A stretch of 61,776 nt of DNA. Source: Octopus bimaculoides. Its lineage: Eukaryota. Positions 23,851 to 34,724 of the stretch are shown here, piece by piece (position 1 is the first letter of the stretch; each line of letters opens with the position of its first letter). The translations under genes and the position numbers were made by a program. The stretch spans positions 41,957,126 through 42,018,901 of the forward strand of contig NC_068997.1 of the NCBI RefSeq assembly GCF_001194135.2. Reading direction: 5' to 3'. The notes under the pieces were generated by a model. It ran no database searches. It saw only the letters and a program-made list of their open reading frames with translations, and was not told where the DNA came from.

Positions 23851-25829
23851 TGAAGGGAAGTGTTTGATGAAGAAGCAGTCTGACCACAGTGATGAAGAAA
23901 TGAAATGGGAGAGTGGTTATAAGTGATGAAGAAACATGAGTTCATAGAGGAAAGGAGTGAGGTTACAAAGTGAGGAGAGGGAGAAAGGATGCAAAGTGAG
24001 GGGGTGTAAGGTAAGATTAACAAGGGGACACACACACACACACACACATTGTGTGCATGTTTGCATGTATATCTTGCAGCTTCTAAAACTTTATTCTTGA
24101 GTACGTTTCACCAAGGATGCACAGGTCTTCTTTAGTACATATTGCTAGTCAGTATGGTCCTTTTATCATTTTCTCTGTGGGATGTTGTATCTTCCAGTTG
24201 CTCACCACAGCTGAGAGAGTGAGGTCAACAGTGTGCAATTCTTCTTTGTTTTAAACACACTGCACTAGTCATCAGTCATCCTTAAAGATGACTTTAAAAA
24301 ACCCAACAAAATGATGGCCCTCGTCTCTGATGGATGAACTTGATTTTCTGTTTATATGTCCTTTGGGTCTGATTACAATTTTGATACCCATTTACTTTTT
24401 CCTCAGATTCCGTCATATCTATTGTATTTCATTCGGTACTAATCTACAATGCCATCTCCGATATATATTGCTGTGAAAGATATTTTAGAGATATTCTTGG
24501 ATAATCCAAATATTTTTTAAATAGTTCCTAAGCTTCCTATTTTTGTTTATATCCTTCACAATCTTTCATGAAGACTATTTCTTAAGACTCTATTTCAGAA
24601 CGGTTTCTCATCTAACAAAAATGCAAAAGAAGTAGAACATGATGTAAAATAACAGGCAAATAGATTCTTAAAAAAACACCACATCTTAAGAATTTCATCA
24701 ATTCCCAATGAGAAGCCATTCACATAAGATATTTACAAAGCGAGGAACAAGTTAACAAAGTAACAAGTCTTTTCAGACAATACAAAGAAGAATCGGTTAC
24801 TAAGGAAGGTTGCTGAGCTGAAAGTGAAGAGAATCAGTTAAGTCTCAAAATAGTCTTGAGTTTGTTTGAGTTATGTTTGCAATTGATTTAATACATGCAC
24901 CATCGATGGCCATTGAATACTCCCCTTTTTTGGAGTTAAAAGTAGCAAGGTTTGTCATAAGAGGTAAACCAATAACCAAGTAACAATATATATTACAAGA
25001 GGAAGAGAGAGAGGGGAGAAAGGCTGTGTGTGAGTGACTAGGAGAGAGAGAGACACACACATAAAGTGTGTCCAAAATCTGGCTGTAGATGTACAATATC
25101 TGTTGCATTAGGGAGTGTATCAATAACAATGTTGATAATGTATATGTTAGTTGTAAAAGAGTGTCAGAGACCAGGTTGTAATTGTACAATATCTCTTATA
25201 TGGGAATGACCAGGCTGAAGATATGAGAAGTATCAATGACCAGGATGTATATATATATACAATATCTTTTACATGAGGAGTATCATTGTGAGAGTATTAT
25301 ATGCATACAGGTCATAGCTTTTTTCTTTTATCCCTTACTTGTTTCAGTCATTAGACTGCGACCATGCTGGGGCACTGCCTTTAAGATATTTTTTTAGTTG
25401 AATGAATAGACTCCAATACTTATTTTTGTTAAGCTTGGTACTTTTGCCGAACTGCTAAGTTATGGGGACATAAACACACCAACACCGGTTGTCAAGTNNN
25501 NNNNNNNACTTGTTTCAGTCATTTTATTGTGGCCATGCTGAGACTCTACCTTGAAGAATTTTTAGTCAAATGTATTTATTTTTTTAAAGCCTGGTACTTA
25601 TTTTATTGCCAAATTACTAAGTTACAGGAACATAAACACAACAATGCTGGTTGTTAAGTGGTGGCGGCAGTGGGGGTACAAAAACCCACTTTTTTCCGTC
25701 GAGGGCTTATATGCCCAATATTTGGCTATTTTCTTTAGTCAATACATAGTGATCACTTATAAGCTTTAAGCTTATAAAATATTATTATTTACAGAATATA
25801 TATATCCCTCAATACTATGCCCCACACAC

Positions 25830-26085
25830 TCAGCACCATTTGAGCATGGTCGATGCCAGTACCGCTTAACTGGCTCCTGTGCTGGTGGCATGTAAAAATC
25901 ACTCTCAGAGTGGTTAGCATTAGGAAGGGAATGTAGCTGTAGAAATCTTGTCAGATTAGATTGGAACCTGGTGCAGCCTTCTGGCTCGCCAGTCCTCAGT
26001 CAAACCATCCAATCCATGCCAGCATGGAAAGCGAACGTTAAACGATGATGATGATGATGATGACGACGACGACGACGATGATGAT
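25830..26085 (+). mobile_element. Shorter copy of the repeat at 19569-20112, with (GAT)n tail
   Basis: Shared CACTCTC.GAGTGGTT.G.ATTAGGAAGGG and CTGGCTCGCCAGTCCTCAGTCAAA blocks. Confidence 0.75.
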
Positions 26086-26104
26086 GTATGACAAGCTTTC
26101 AGTT

Positions 26105-26267
26105 CATTATTTACATTATTTACATTTGACGGATAATTGTCCTCATCTTGTTTGTTGTTAACACAATGTTTTGGCTGATATACCCTCCAGCCTTCATCAG
26201 GTGTCTTGGGTTCTCATTCCTAAGGTATTTTTCGATGTTATTATTGTTATTTATTGTTGTTGTTGTA

Positions 26268-26304
<37 letters not shown>

Positions 26305-26375
26305 TCATTGCCTGGAATCGAACTCGGAATCTTGGAGTTAGTAGCCCGCACTCTTAACCACTACGCCATATGTCC
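26105..26375 (-). mobile_element. SINE family H, most complete copy (tRNA head + hammerhead tail)
   Basis: Reverse complement GGACATATGGCGTAGTGGTTAAGAGTGCGGGCTACTAACTCCAAGATTCCGAGTTCGATTCC (A box TGGCGTAGTGG, B box GAGTTCGATTCC), then (AAT)n, hammerhead motif and short (GTAAATAAT) tail repeats. Confidence 0.9.
26161..26205 (-). ncRNA. Degenerate minimal type-I hammerhead ribozyme motif
   Basis: GACAC CTGATGA A GGCTG-(GAGGGTATAT)-CAGCC AAAA CA T T GTGTT: stem I GACAC/GTGTT, stem II GGCTG/CAGCC; G12 and the stem-III G are mutated to A. Confidence 0.65.
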
Positions 26376-26699
26376 GTTTCCATCTACCAAATCTACTCAT
26401 AAGGCTTTGGTTGGCCCAAAGTTATAGTAGAAGACAATTGCTCAAGGTACCACTGAACCCAGAACCATGTGGTTGGAAAGCAAGATTCTTACCACACAGC
26501 CAAGCCAGCACCACAGGTTATAAATGAGCAATATTTGTTACTCTTTTCCAATGGGGTTAGCTAAGTATCTCTTGTACAACAAGACACCTTTTTCTGTCCT
26601 TCTATCATGCTTTATCCTTTCATCACCTCACATAAAGCCACTTCCCTCAGTACTGTATCTCCACATACTCAGCTGAGGTGGGGTGAGTCTTGTTTAATG

Positions 26700-27125
26700 A
26701 GTTACTCGATGACTTCATTGGTGCAGCTGGTGTGAGAGGACTCACATTTATTGAGAGAAAAAGGATTTATTGTGACATATTGCAGAAAATAAATGTTGAA
26801 AAGCATCAAGGAACTAGGAAGACATGATAATGACCTGAGACACACTTCAAAGATGATGACTAGGTTTTTATCAGATAAAAAGGTAAAGGTATTGCCTTGG
26901 CCTACCATGTCACCTGATTTAAACCCAACAGAACATGTGGGGTGTTTTGAAAAGGAAGGTTGAGGAGAAAAAATACCGCAATGTAACACAGTTGAAAGAC
27001 ATCATTCAGGAATGAAAGGAGGTCGATTTCATCGGTTTTATGCGGAAATTTACTCGACTCTATGCCCAGAAGACTTAATGCAGTCATTGAAAGCAAGGGC
27101 GGTCACACCAAATGAACATAGCAAA
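26700..27125 (+). mobile_element. Tc1 transposase C-terminal fragment
   Basis: HDNDLRHTSK...KVKVLPWPTMSPDLNPTEH...LKRKV...SMPRRLNAVIESKGGHTK. Confidence 0.88.
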
Positions 27126-27218
27126 TAATCCTTTAGGGTGTACATACTTCTGTGAGATACTATATATATGTGTGTGTGTGTGCATATATATACATACACA
27201 CACATATACATACATACA

Positions 27219-27251
<33 letters not shown>

Positions 27252-27261
27252 NNNNNNNNNN

Positions 27262-27297
<36 letters not shown>

Positions 27298-27449
27298 AGA
27301 GAGATTGATATAGATATATATAGGTATGTATGCGTACGTATGTACATACCCATATTTACACAGAATGACAGAGTTATTTTTTAAAATCCAACAATGACAT
27401 AATTTGCATGTTAAACAACAGTCAAGGGAAATATATCATTTTTAATGCT

Positions 27450-27840
27450 TGGAATAATTTTAGAATACTGTATTTTGGCGGGGGACCATCGGTTGGAGAA
27501 AACCCAAAGAAACTTTCAACTCTAATTGTTTGGCCCTTACCGTGACGCATGGAGGTGTCTGATAATTTGGGCATACCACGGAATTCTTTTGACCCTTTAG
27601 TTGTTCTACGTGGTAGAGTTAAGACAAAAGATTATCTGAATATTTTAGCCGGCCATGTCTTCTTTTGGTACAAACATTGTTTCTTGATAATAGCGCAATC
27701 TATCAGAACGATAATGCGCCAATTAACACTTCTGATGTTATTCTAAATTGGTACGAAGTGCACAAAAGTGATATAGACTACTTAGGTTGCCCCCACAATC
27801 ACCATGTCTCAATACAATCGAATATTTATGGTGCATTTTG
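27450..27840 (+). mobile_element. Tc1 transposase middle fragment (different subfamily)
   Basis: WRKPKE...VTHGG...GRVKTKDYLNIL...IYQNDNAPINTS...QSPCLNTIEYLW across frameshifts. Confidence 0.75.
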
Positions 27841-28002
27841 GTTTAATGACTTTATAGGACCTAATGTTGTTACAAATTTAAACCAAAATCTATCAGGATC
27901 GACCGAAATGCAGTGTTTCCCAACCTATTCTCCCCACTATAATTTTCTCCAAAAATGTCTGCCTCACCAGTGGTTGTAAAAAAAAACAACTTTATTTTTT
28001 AT

Positions 28003-28140
28003 GTTCTGAGTTCAAATTCTGCCGGGGTCGACTTTGCCTTTCATCCTTTCAAAGTCGATAAAATGAACACCAGTTGAGAATTGGAGTCGATGTAATCGAC
28101 TTACCCCTTCCTCTGAACTTGCTGGTCAAAATTTGAAATC
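28003..28140 (+). mobile_element. SINE family B, 5'-truncated
   Basis: GTTCTGAGTTCAAATTCTGCCGGGGTCGACTTTGCCTTTCATCC. Confidence 0.8.
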
Positions 28141-29084
28141 AATATTTCATAATTATATACTTTCCCTAAAGAAATATCTACTCTAGGGTATCAAAATAGC
28201 GCTACACTGTAATAGTCTTTACACAGTTTGTTTGGCTAGGCTGAGTAAAGGTGCAGTATGTTTGCAATGAGAAAAGTATTTCCACAATCCCATATCCCAT
28301 TAAGAAGAAAAAAAGTGAAAATTTTGGATCCCATGCCCACCACAATTTTCCCAAGNNNNNNNNNNNNNNNNNNNNNNNNNNNNNNNNNNNNNNNNNNNNN
28401 NNNNNNNNNNNNNNNNNNNNNNNNNNNNNNNNNNNNNNNNNNNNNNNNNNNNNNNNNNNNNNNNNNTCATTTGTGATCATCTCGTTTTTATGTGTATCTG
28501 ATCTCATTTCTTTTAAATATGGTAGAGTGTGAGATTTGGCTGTTATTTCTAGTTGCTCAATTGATCACATAGAAGTTCCTTCCTTGGCTCTTAAAATATG
28601 TTGATATTTCACATTTACGTAAGATACAAATTTCGTGTTTGGCAGCTACTTATTTGCCTGTGTGTATGTGTGGTATTTATATTTTTAGAATTCAAGGGTT
28701 TGAATGGAAAGCACAGTTACTGCTTCCGTATGGATCTGAATTCGTGACTTAGAGGGACAAAACTATAAACATGCTGCAAAATGTTTACTTCGGTGCTCAA
28801 TTCTCTCTTGTTACACACCCACTTTTAAACACTAAATAATTCCACACTCGCAAACAAATCTGATTGAAACAGAACGGGAGAGAATATTATCACGCAATGA
28901 ACTATAAAGGATGATCTTGGAAATTAGAAAAGTTTTAATGGTATGAGAAGTAATTAATTATTAGAATAATAATTATTGATATAATAATCCTCCCTAGGTA
29001 CTACAAAAACAAAGTTACCACAAGCCTATGCCGATAATCTTACTGTCTTGAGACAATAATCTGTCTTATGGGTTTATCTCTTAC

Positions 29085-29435
29085 ATGTTCCAGTCATTTG
29101 ACTGTGGTCATGCTGGGGCATCGCCTTGAAAGGTTTAGTCGAACAAATCGACGCCACAACTTTTTTTAAAGTTTGGTATTTATTCTATCGGTCTATTTTG
29201 CCGAACCGCTAGGTTACTGGGACGTAGATTAACCAACATCGATTGTCAAGCGACGTTGGGGAACAAACAACGCACGCGCACACGAGTTACTTCAGTTTTC
29301 GTCTATCAGTTCCATTCACTCACAAAGGTTTAGTCAGCCCGGTTAAAAAACACTTTCCCAACGTGGCGCGCAGTAGAACTGAACCTTAAACCACATAGTT
29401 GCAAAGCGATCTTCTCAACCACAGTGCCATGCCTG
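29085..29435 (-). mobile_element. SINE family A (divergent)
   Basis: GCCGAACCGCTAGGTTAC body; head AACCACATAGTTGCAAAGCGATCTTCTCAACCACAG. Confidence 0.8.
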
Positions 29436-29818
29436 CGCTTATTAGACAATTTTTTTTTAAAGTTCTTGAAATAGTAAAACTTTACTTTAAAAAGATAATA
29501 AAACGCAACGTAATATTTAATAAGGAATTGAATGCACTTTATTCCGGTTCATTACTTAATACAATTTATGATGCTTTAACAAGTTTTCTTTTTTTCTTTT
29601 TTAGATAATTCAATCAGAGATGTTTCACACCTTTAATTTTCTTAAAGGCTCACCTTGACCGGCGAGGGTGATGCAGATGATACCAGCTCGAACAGCTCCC
29701 GTGAAAACTGGGTGGGATGTGAATCGAGTGTCCTGCACGTATGTTTGTGCAGTGAATTTAGTTTAATGATGGTAAACCGAATGTCGTGTTAGCCCTAGCA
29801 CTCGAGGAAATATATATT

Positions 29819-30035
29819 GTTTTCTACTCTAGGCACAAGGCCCGAAATTTGGTGGGAGGAGGGTTTAGTCGATTAGATCGACCCCAGTACGCAACTGGTA
29901 CTTAATTTATCGACCCCGAAAGCATGAAAAAGGCAAAGTCGACCTCGGCGGAATTTGAACTCAGACCGTAGCGGTAGATGAAATACTGCTAAGCATTTCG
30001 CCCGGCGTGCTAACGTTTCTGCCAGCTCACCCCTT
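29819..30035 (-). mobile_element. SINE family B, full length, perfect 17-bp TSD
   Basis: TCGAGGAAATATATATT at 29802-29818 and 30036-30052; CpG-rich intact body. Confidence 0.95.
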
Positions 30036-30147
30036 TCGAGGAAATATATATTAATGATACTAGATGGATTTCTTTTTCATGTACATGGCTTCTATCACAA
30101 GAGTTGAGAAAGGAACCTGTGGAATAATTCTGTAAAAGCTTGTAGTG

Positions 30148-32005
30148 CTTTGGTTCTCAAACTTTTTCAAAATTTATTAGGCTGCATTTTTGATAATGCG
30201 ACGCTCATGTCATGCGCAACTTCCAGTTTATTGCGAGCCTTTATTTTAATTGCGAGTAAAGTTGCAAAAGCCGGCTCCTGTTTGTACGTTGTGGCGAATG
30301 GAACGATGAATTTGAGGGCCAATTTGGCCACAACTGGATAGGATTGCGTCATCTCAATCCAGAATTCACTGCAACACATGTTATGGAAGGCGTTTTTCGC
30401 ACCTCCATTATTCAGTAAGTCGATGAACTGTTCTTGAATAACGTAATCTTCTGACGGAAGATCAACAACAGAGATTGTAAAGGGGTTGGTGATGAAATGA
30501 ACTTTTCCGAAGTTTTGTAAGTCGGGGAAGTATCTTTGTATTTCAGCGTGAAGAATTAAGACATGCTGTTTCATTATGTCGAGGATGTCAGCATCAACTC
30601 GAAGGTCATCTTCATCAAGGAAAGTATTGAAGTTCGGAAATGGTGCACAATTCTCACATTCCAATTTAGAATGCCACAAATGGAGTTTCATTTTAAATGC
30701 AGTCATTTTTTTTCATGACAGTGGACAACGGTGATGTCCTTTCCTTGTTGTGCTAAGTTAACAGAATTAACTGATTCAAAAATGTCGACCAAAAAGGAAA
30801 GACATATAAGGAACCGAGTATTGGAAAATTGTCTGTGCAGTTCTATTTTTAGCACCACGAAGAAATTCGTGTATCTCCTTTCGTAGAACGGATACTCTTT
30901 TCAGTACTTTCCCCTTGGATAACCACCTCACATGCAAATACAGTAAAAGCGTTTCAAAATCGGAGCCATTGTCCTTGCACAAGTCAGTAAAAAGACGCGA
31001 GTTTAGAGAATTGGCTTTGATAAAATTTACCGCTTTGACCACATCATTCAAAACATTCTTCAAATGGTCGGGCATTGTTTTAACCATCAATCCTTGGCGA
31101 TGAAGTGTACAATGCGTACCAATTGCGTTAGGAGACTTCTTCACCATTGTCTGAAAGCCAGAGCGGCAACCAACCATTGCTGGAGCACCGTCGGTGCACA
31201 TGCCAACAACGTGCTCCCAGTTTATGCCATGCGTGTTAAAGAATTGATCCACTTTCTGGAATATATTGGTTGCAGTGATTCGGGTGTTGAGGGTTTCGCA
31301 AAAAAGGAATTCATTTTCCAGGAGCTTGTTATGTACGTAACGTATATAAACACAAAGTTGTGCTAAATCTGCCATGTTAGTGGTTTCATCAATATGGATG
31401 ACGACATATTTAAACATTGATATTTTTTGTCTTTGACATGACCTGAAACAAAATATTATCAGACATCTCAGCGATTCGTCGACTGACGGTGTTGTCGGAA
31501 AGTGAAACATGTTTAAGCTTCTATAGTCCGGACGTTCCGAGCATGAGTGAGATCATATCTTTGCAGCAAGGAAGAACTAACCACTCTCCAATGTTGTGAG
31601 GTTTTTTTGCAGCAGCAATTTTCCTTGAAACCTCGTAGGAGGTTTTCAGACCAGTCATAACGTCTTGCATACACATTCCTGTGTCATCAAGCCTGGATTT
31701 GACCAATCTGTCAGCTTGGCGTCAGAAAAATTTCTTCGTCTTTGTTGAATGCACTGAGATGTTTCGTTTCCAAATGCCTCTTTAGCCTGCTGGGCTTCAG
31801 CGAAGAAGCTGCCAATACCTCAGAGCACAGAACACACTGTGGTTTTTCTACTCTACCAGCAGTAAGCACAGTGAAACCAAAGCTCAAATATGACCCGTCA
31901 TATCTCCTTTTCTTTGTAAAATACATTCTACAAATAAATATAACATGTAAATGTTTTGTCGTAAATGCACAGAATTTTGTACTATTTCAGTCTGTTGAGA
32001 AAACT
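30148..32005 (-). mobile_element. hAT Charlie/Buster-type DNA transposon, transposase pseudogene (~30167-31926)
   Basis: BED-like KPQCVLCSEVLA..SLKPSRLKRHLETKH, KKPHNIGE, IDET, CTDGAPAM, HCTLHRQ, VRWLSKGKVL, PFATTY; broken by stops and frameshifts. Terminus-like TGGTTCTCAAAC at ~30151. Confidence 0.95.
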
Positions 32006-32034
32006 TTGTTACTTTTATCAGTTAACCTTCGACC

Positions 32035-32920
32035 ACCCTTTTGGACCCTGTTGAGTCCACTACACTGATTGGTTGGTATTGGCGCAATTTATCTCTTGCT
32101 CTATTGCGCGCCAATATGCAACCCAACCAATCGCAACCTTCAAATAAGGTCACGTGAGACAGTCTCTTCTAAACCCAGGTGAGCCGACTGCTCCCTATAA
32201 AACTTCAGCCACACAGTGAGTCGAGGTATTTTGGTTCCAGACCTTTTGAGGTCTAGCCATTGACTACAGAGCACAGCCAGTTCCAGCGACGACACAACAG
32301 CAGCCATATGGAAACTCATCAACTCTCTTCTAACAGCATACGGCAATCTCCATCTTCTTAACGTCGTGAACATTGTTTCTCTACGTACACAGCAACCAGC
32401 AACACTCGCACAGGTTCTATCTCCACACTGTTTGTGAATTACTTCACCATGGTTAGCAGCAAATACGACCTGCGAGAACTCCTGTAACAAGTGACCGGCT
32501 CTGAATTGCAGCTACAATTTCTTATACGACAGTACCTCAACCGGCTCTGCATTGCAGCCACAACTACTTCATACAGCATTTCAACTATCGTGTACCTTGA
32601 CTACGAACTGGTATCTATCATCCTTGTGTCTGAACATTCTTCTAACGTCATATTATAGACTCTTTCAACGCTCTATGTTTGTACACACATACACATTATG
32701 TATACATGACGGCCTGTCTATTATTATGCATATATGACGCACACACAGACACACATGTTAACCTATCAATAAAATTTTCTCTTAAACATTCTACCCGGTT
32801 GCGTCTCTCTTTTCTTTTTGGCACTTATACTCATTTATCCTTTTGATATTTATTTGTATCGACCGTGCGATGTAATAAAGGAGCCATTCTCGTCACCTCT
32901 CCTTAGCACGGTCGTTTACA
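32035..32920 (+). mobile_element. Solo LTR, 5'-truncated; same family as 14287-15339
   Basis: Shared GATTGGTTGGTATTGGC.CAATTT, AAATAAG.TCACGT, CAGCCAGTTCCAGC and GAGCCATTCTC.TCACCTC blocks; ends TTTACA. Confidence 0.85.
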
Positions 32921-33025
32921 AAAAACGTCTTAATTCTGACAGCACTACTAGCTGTCAGTCTTTTTATTGGCTTATTAGGTCCCTACTTATTGATACTTAA
33001 TACGAACATAAAAAGTAAAATTAAG

Positions 33026-33787
33026 AATGAACTTACGATGGTAGATATGTCGAAAACGTAGGCATTCGTAAATGTGTAATGGTGAAAACAAATCGCAAGC
33101 TCTTCATAAACCACTTTTGCGGACTATGTCATAAATGAGCCGGTGTTACGGCCGCTGTAACAGCCTAGAATATACCCTTGCCCAGACTATACTCCATGCT
33201 CGCAGACAAATAACACAGATGTACCTCACTTATAGAAGTTGCCTCAGAACATATATAAAATTTGATATCAATCAATGAAGAATTAAAAATTACATGTAAA
33301 TTTCGATTTAAACATAGCAATTTAGAATTATCAAATGCAAATATTCAATGCACCAATATAAACCCAATGTATAGATAGATTTGAAAAAATTGACGACTCG
33401 CGCATGCTGCGCAGCGCACCTGTGCTATGAGTCATTCGCGTTGGGTTTATATTAGTATATTTTAAAGTATTTTGTATCTGATAATTCTAAATTACTATGT
33501 TTAAAGTGAAATTTACATGTAACTTTTAATTGTTCATCGAGTGGTATCAAATTTTTATATCTGTCCTGAAGCAAGTTTTATATTTGAGGTACATCTGTGT
33601 TATTTGTCTGCGAGCATGGAGTATAGTCTGGGCAAGGGTATATTCTGGGGTGTTACAGCGGCCGTAACACCGGCTCATTTATGACATAGTCCGCAAAAGT
33701 GGTTTATGAAAAGCTTGCGATTTGTTTTCACCATTACACATTTACGAACGCCTACATTTTCGACATATCTACCATCGTAAGTTCATT
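33026..33787. repeat. Long foldback (inverted repeat) with ~343-bp arms and ~70-bp spacer
   Basis: AATGAACTTACGATGGTAGATATGTCGAAAA...AACCCAATG pairs with CGTTGGGTT...TTTTCGACATATCTACCATCGTAAGTTCATT. Confidence 0.95.
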
Positions 33788-33880
33788 GGTCTGGTTGTCT
33801 GGAGCGGGTATAGTTTGGGTTAGCCCAGACTAGCTCTGGGTATAGCCTGAGCAGGGGTATATTCTGGGCTGTTACACCGC

Positions 33881-34188
33881 CAGTTTTCAATCCTGTTTAG
33901 ACTTGTTGCACCCATACTCCTGCACCGATTGATAAAGCCGTAAAGAGACGCTTGCATTCAAGTACGTGTGTGTACGTCCTGCGCGCGTCGCCTCAAATGC
34001 ATTCTATCTGTAAGATTTTTTTTAACACGTAAATTAGGGGTTCTCTGTGTAGTGTGTGCTTGTTCAATGGTTCCAGTTTTAGCTAAAACCGGAAAATCTA
34101 GGGCTTTGAACATTAAGAATCTGAAAATTGGCGAACCCTTCGTGGACCCACTAAAATTGCTTCGCGGACCTCAGTTTGGGAACCAAGG
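33881..34188 (+). mobile_element. Possible non-autonomous hAT-type MITE
   Basis: Ends GTGGACCC...GGACCTCAGTTTGGGAACCAAGG, resembling hAT MITE right ends; the left end is degenerate. Confidence 0.4.
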
Positions 34189-34724
34189 TTGTAGTGGGAC
34201 TATTCAACAATCAATCGATGTCGCAATTCGCTAGAATATTGCCTACGTGATCAACAAAATCTGACCAGTCGCAACTTCGTGAAATGCAAGCATGACATTG
34301 AAGTTGGCCAGTAAATTAGAGTGGAGGAAATTGCTGTGAAAAGATCTGTTAGAGAAGAGTTTGGTTGAAAAGTACTGTTAGGAACGAATCAATACTTGAA
34401 CAAATGAGTTTCTTTCTAATTTTAAATATTGATTTCTTTTGATAGTATACAAAACTAAATTTGGTAGAAGGCTATTTAGGTTGTTCTGAGTTCAAATCTT
34501 GCCGAGATGAACTTTGCTTTTTGTCCCACCGGAGTTGATAAACTACAGCACCAACCAAACACGTGTCAATTATTATAATGTATCCTAAATGTGAATGAAC
34601 CGAAGATAATGGAAAATTAAAATTTCTTTCGACATGCTACTATTAGCCCTTATTTTACCGATCTCCGGAAATTAGACAGGGTAGAGGGGTTAAAGAGATA
34701 GTTTAGAGATGCCATTTATGGCTA

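Noticed and set aside
26300-26375. Functional tRNA gene
   Set aside because: It has A and B boxes but no complete cloverleaf or acceptor stem, and runs straight into a repeated SINE body. The same holds for the other SINE heads.
31990-32010. TTGAGAAAACTTTG as the second TIR of the hAT element
   Set aside because: Only 7 bp match the other end and there is no 8-bp TSD, so this boundary is left approximate.
14287-32920. The two LTRs as ends of one intact retrotransposon
   Set aside because: They are clearly diverged, the first has its own TSD, and no gag/pol lies between them.
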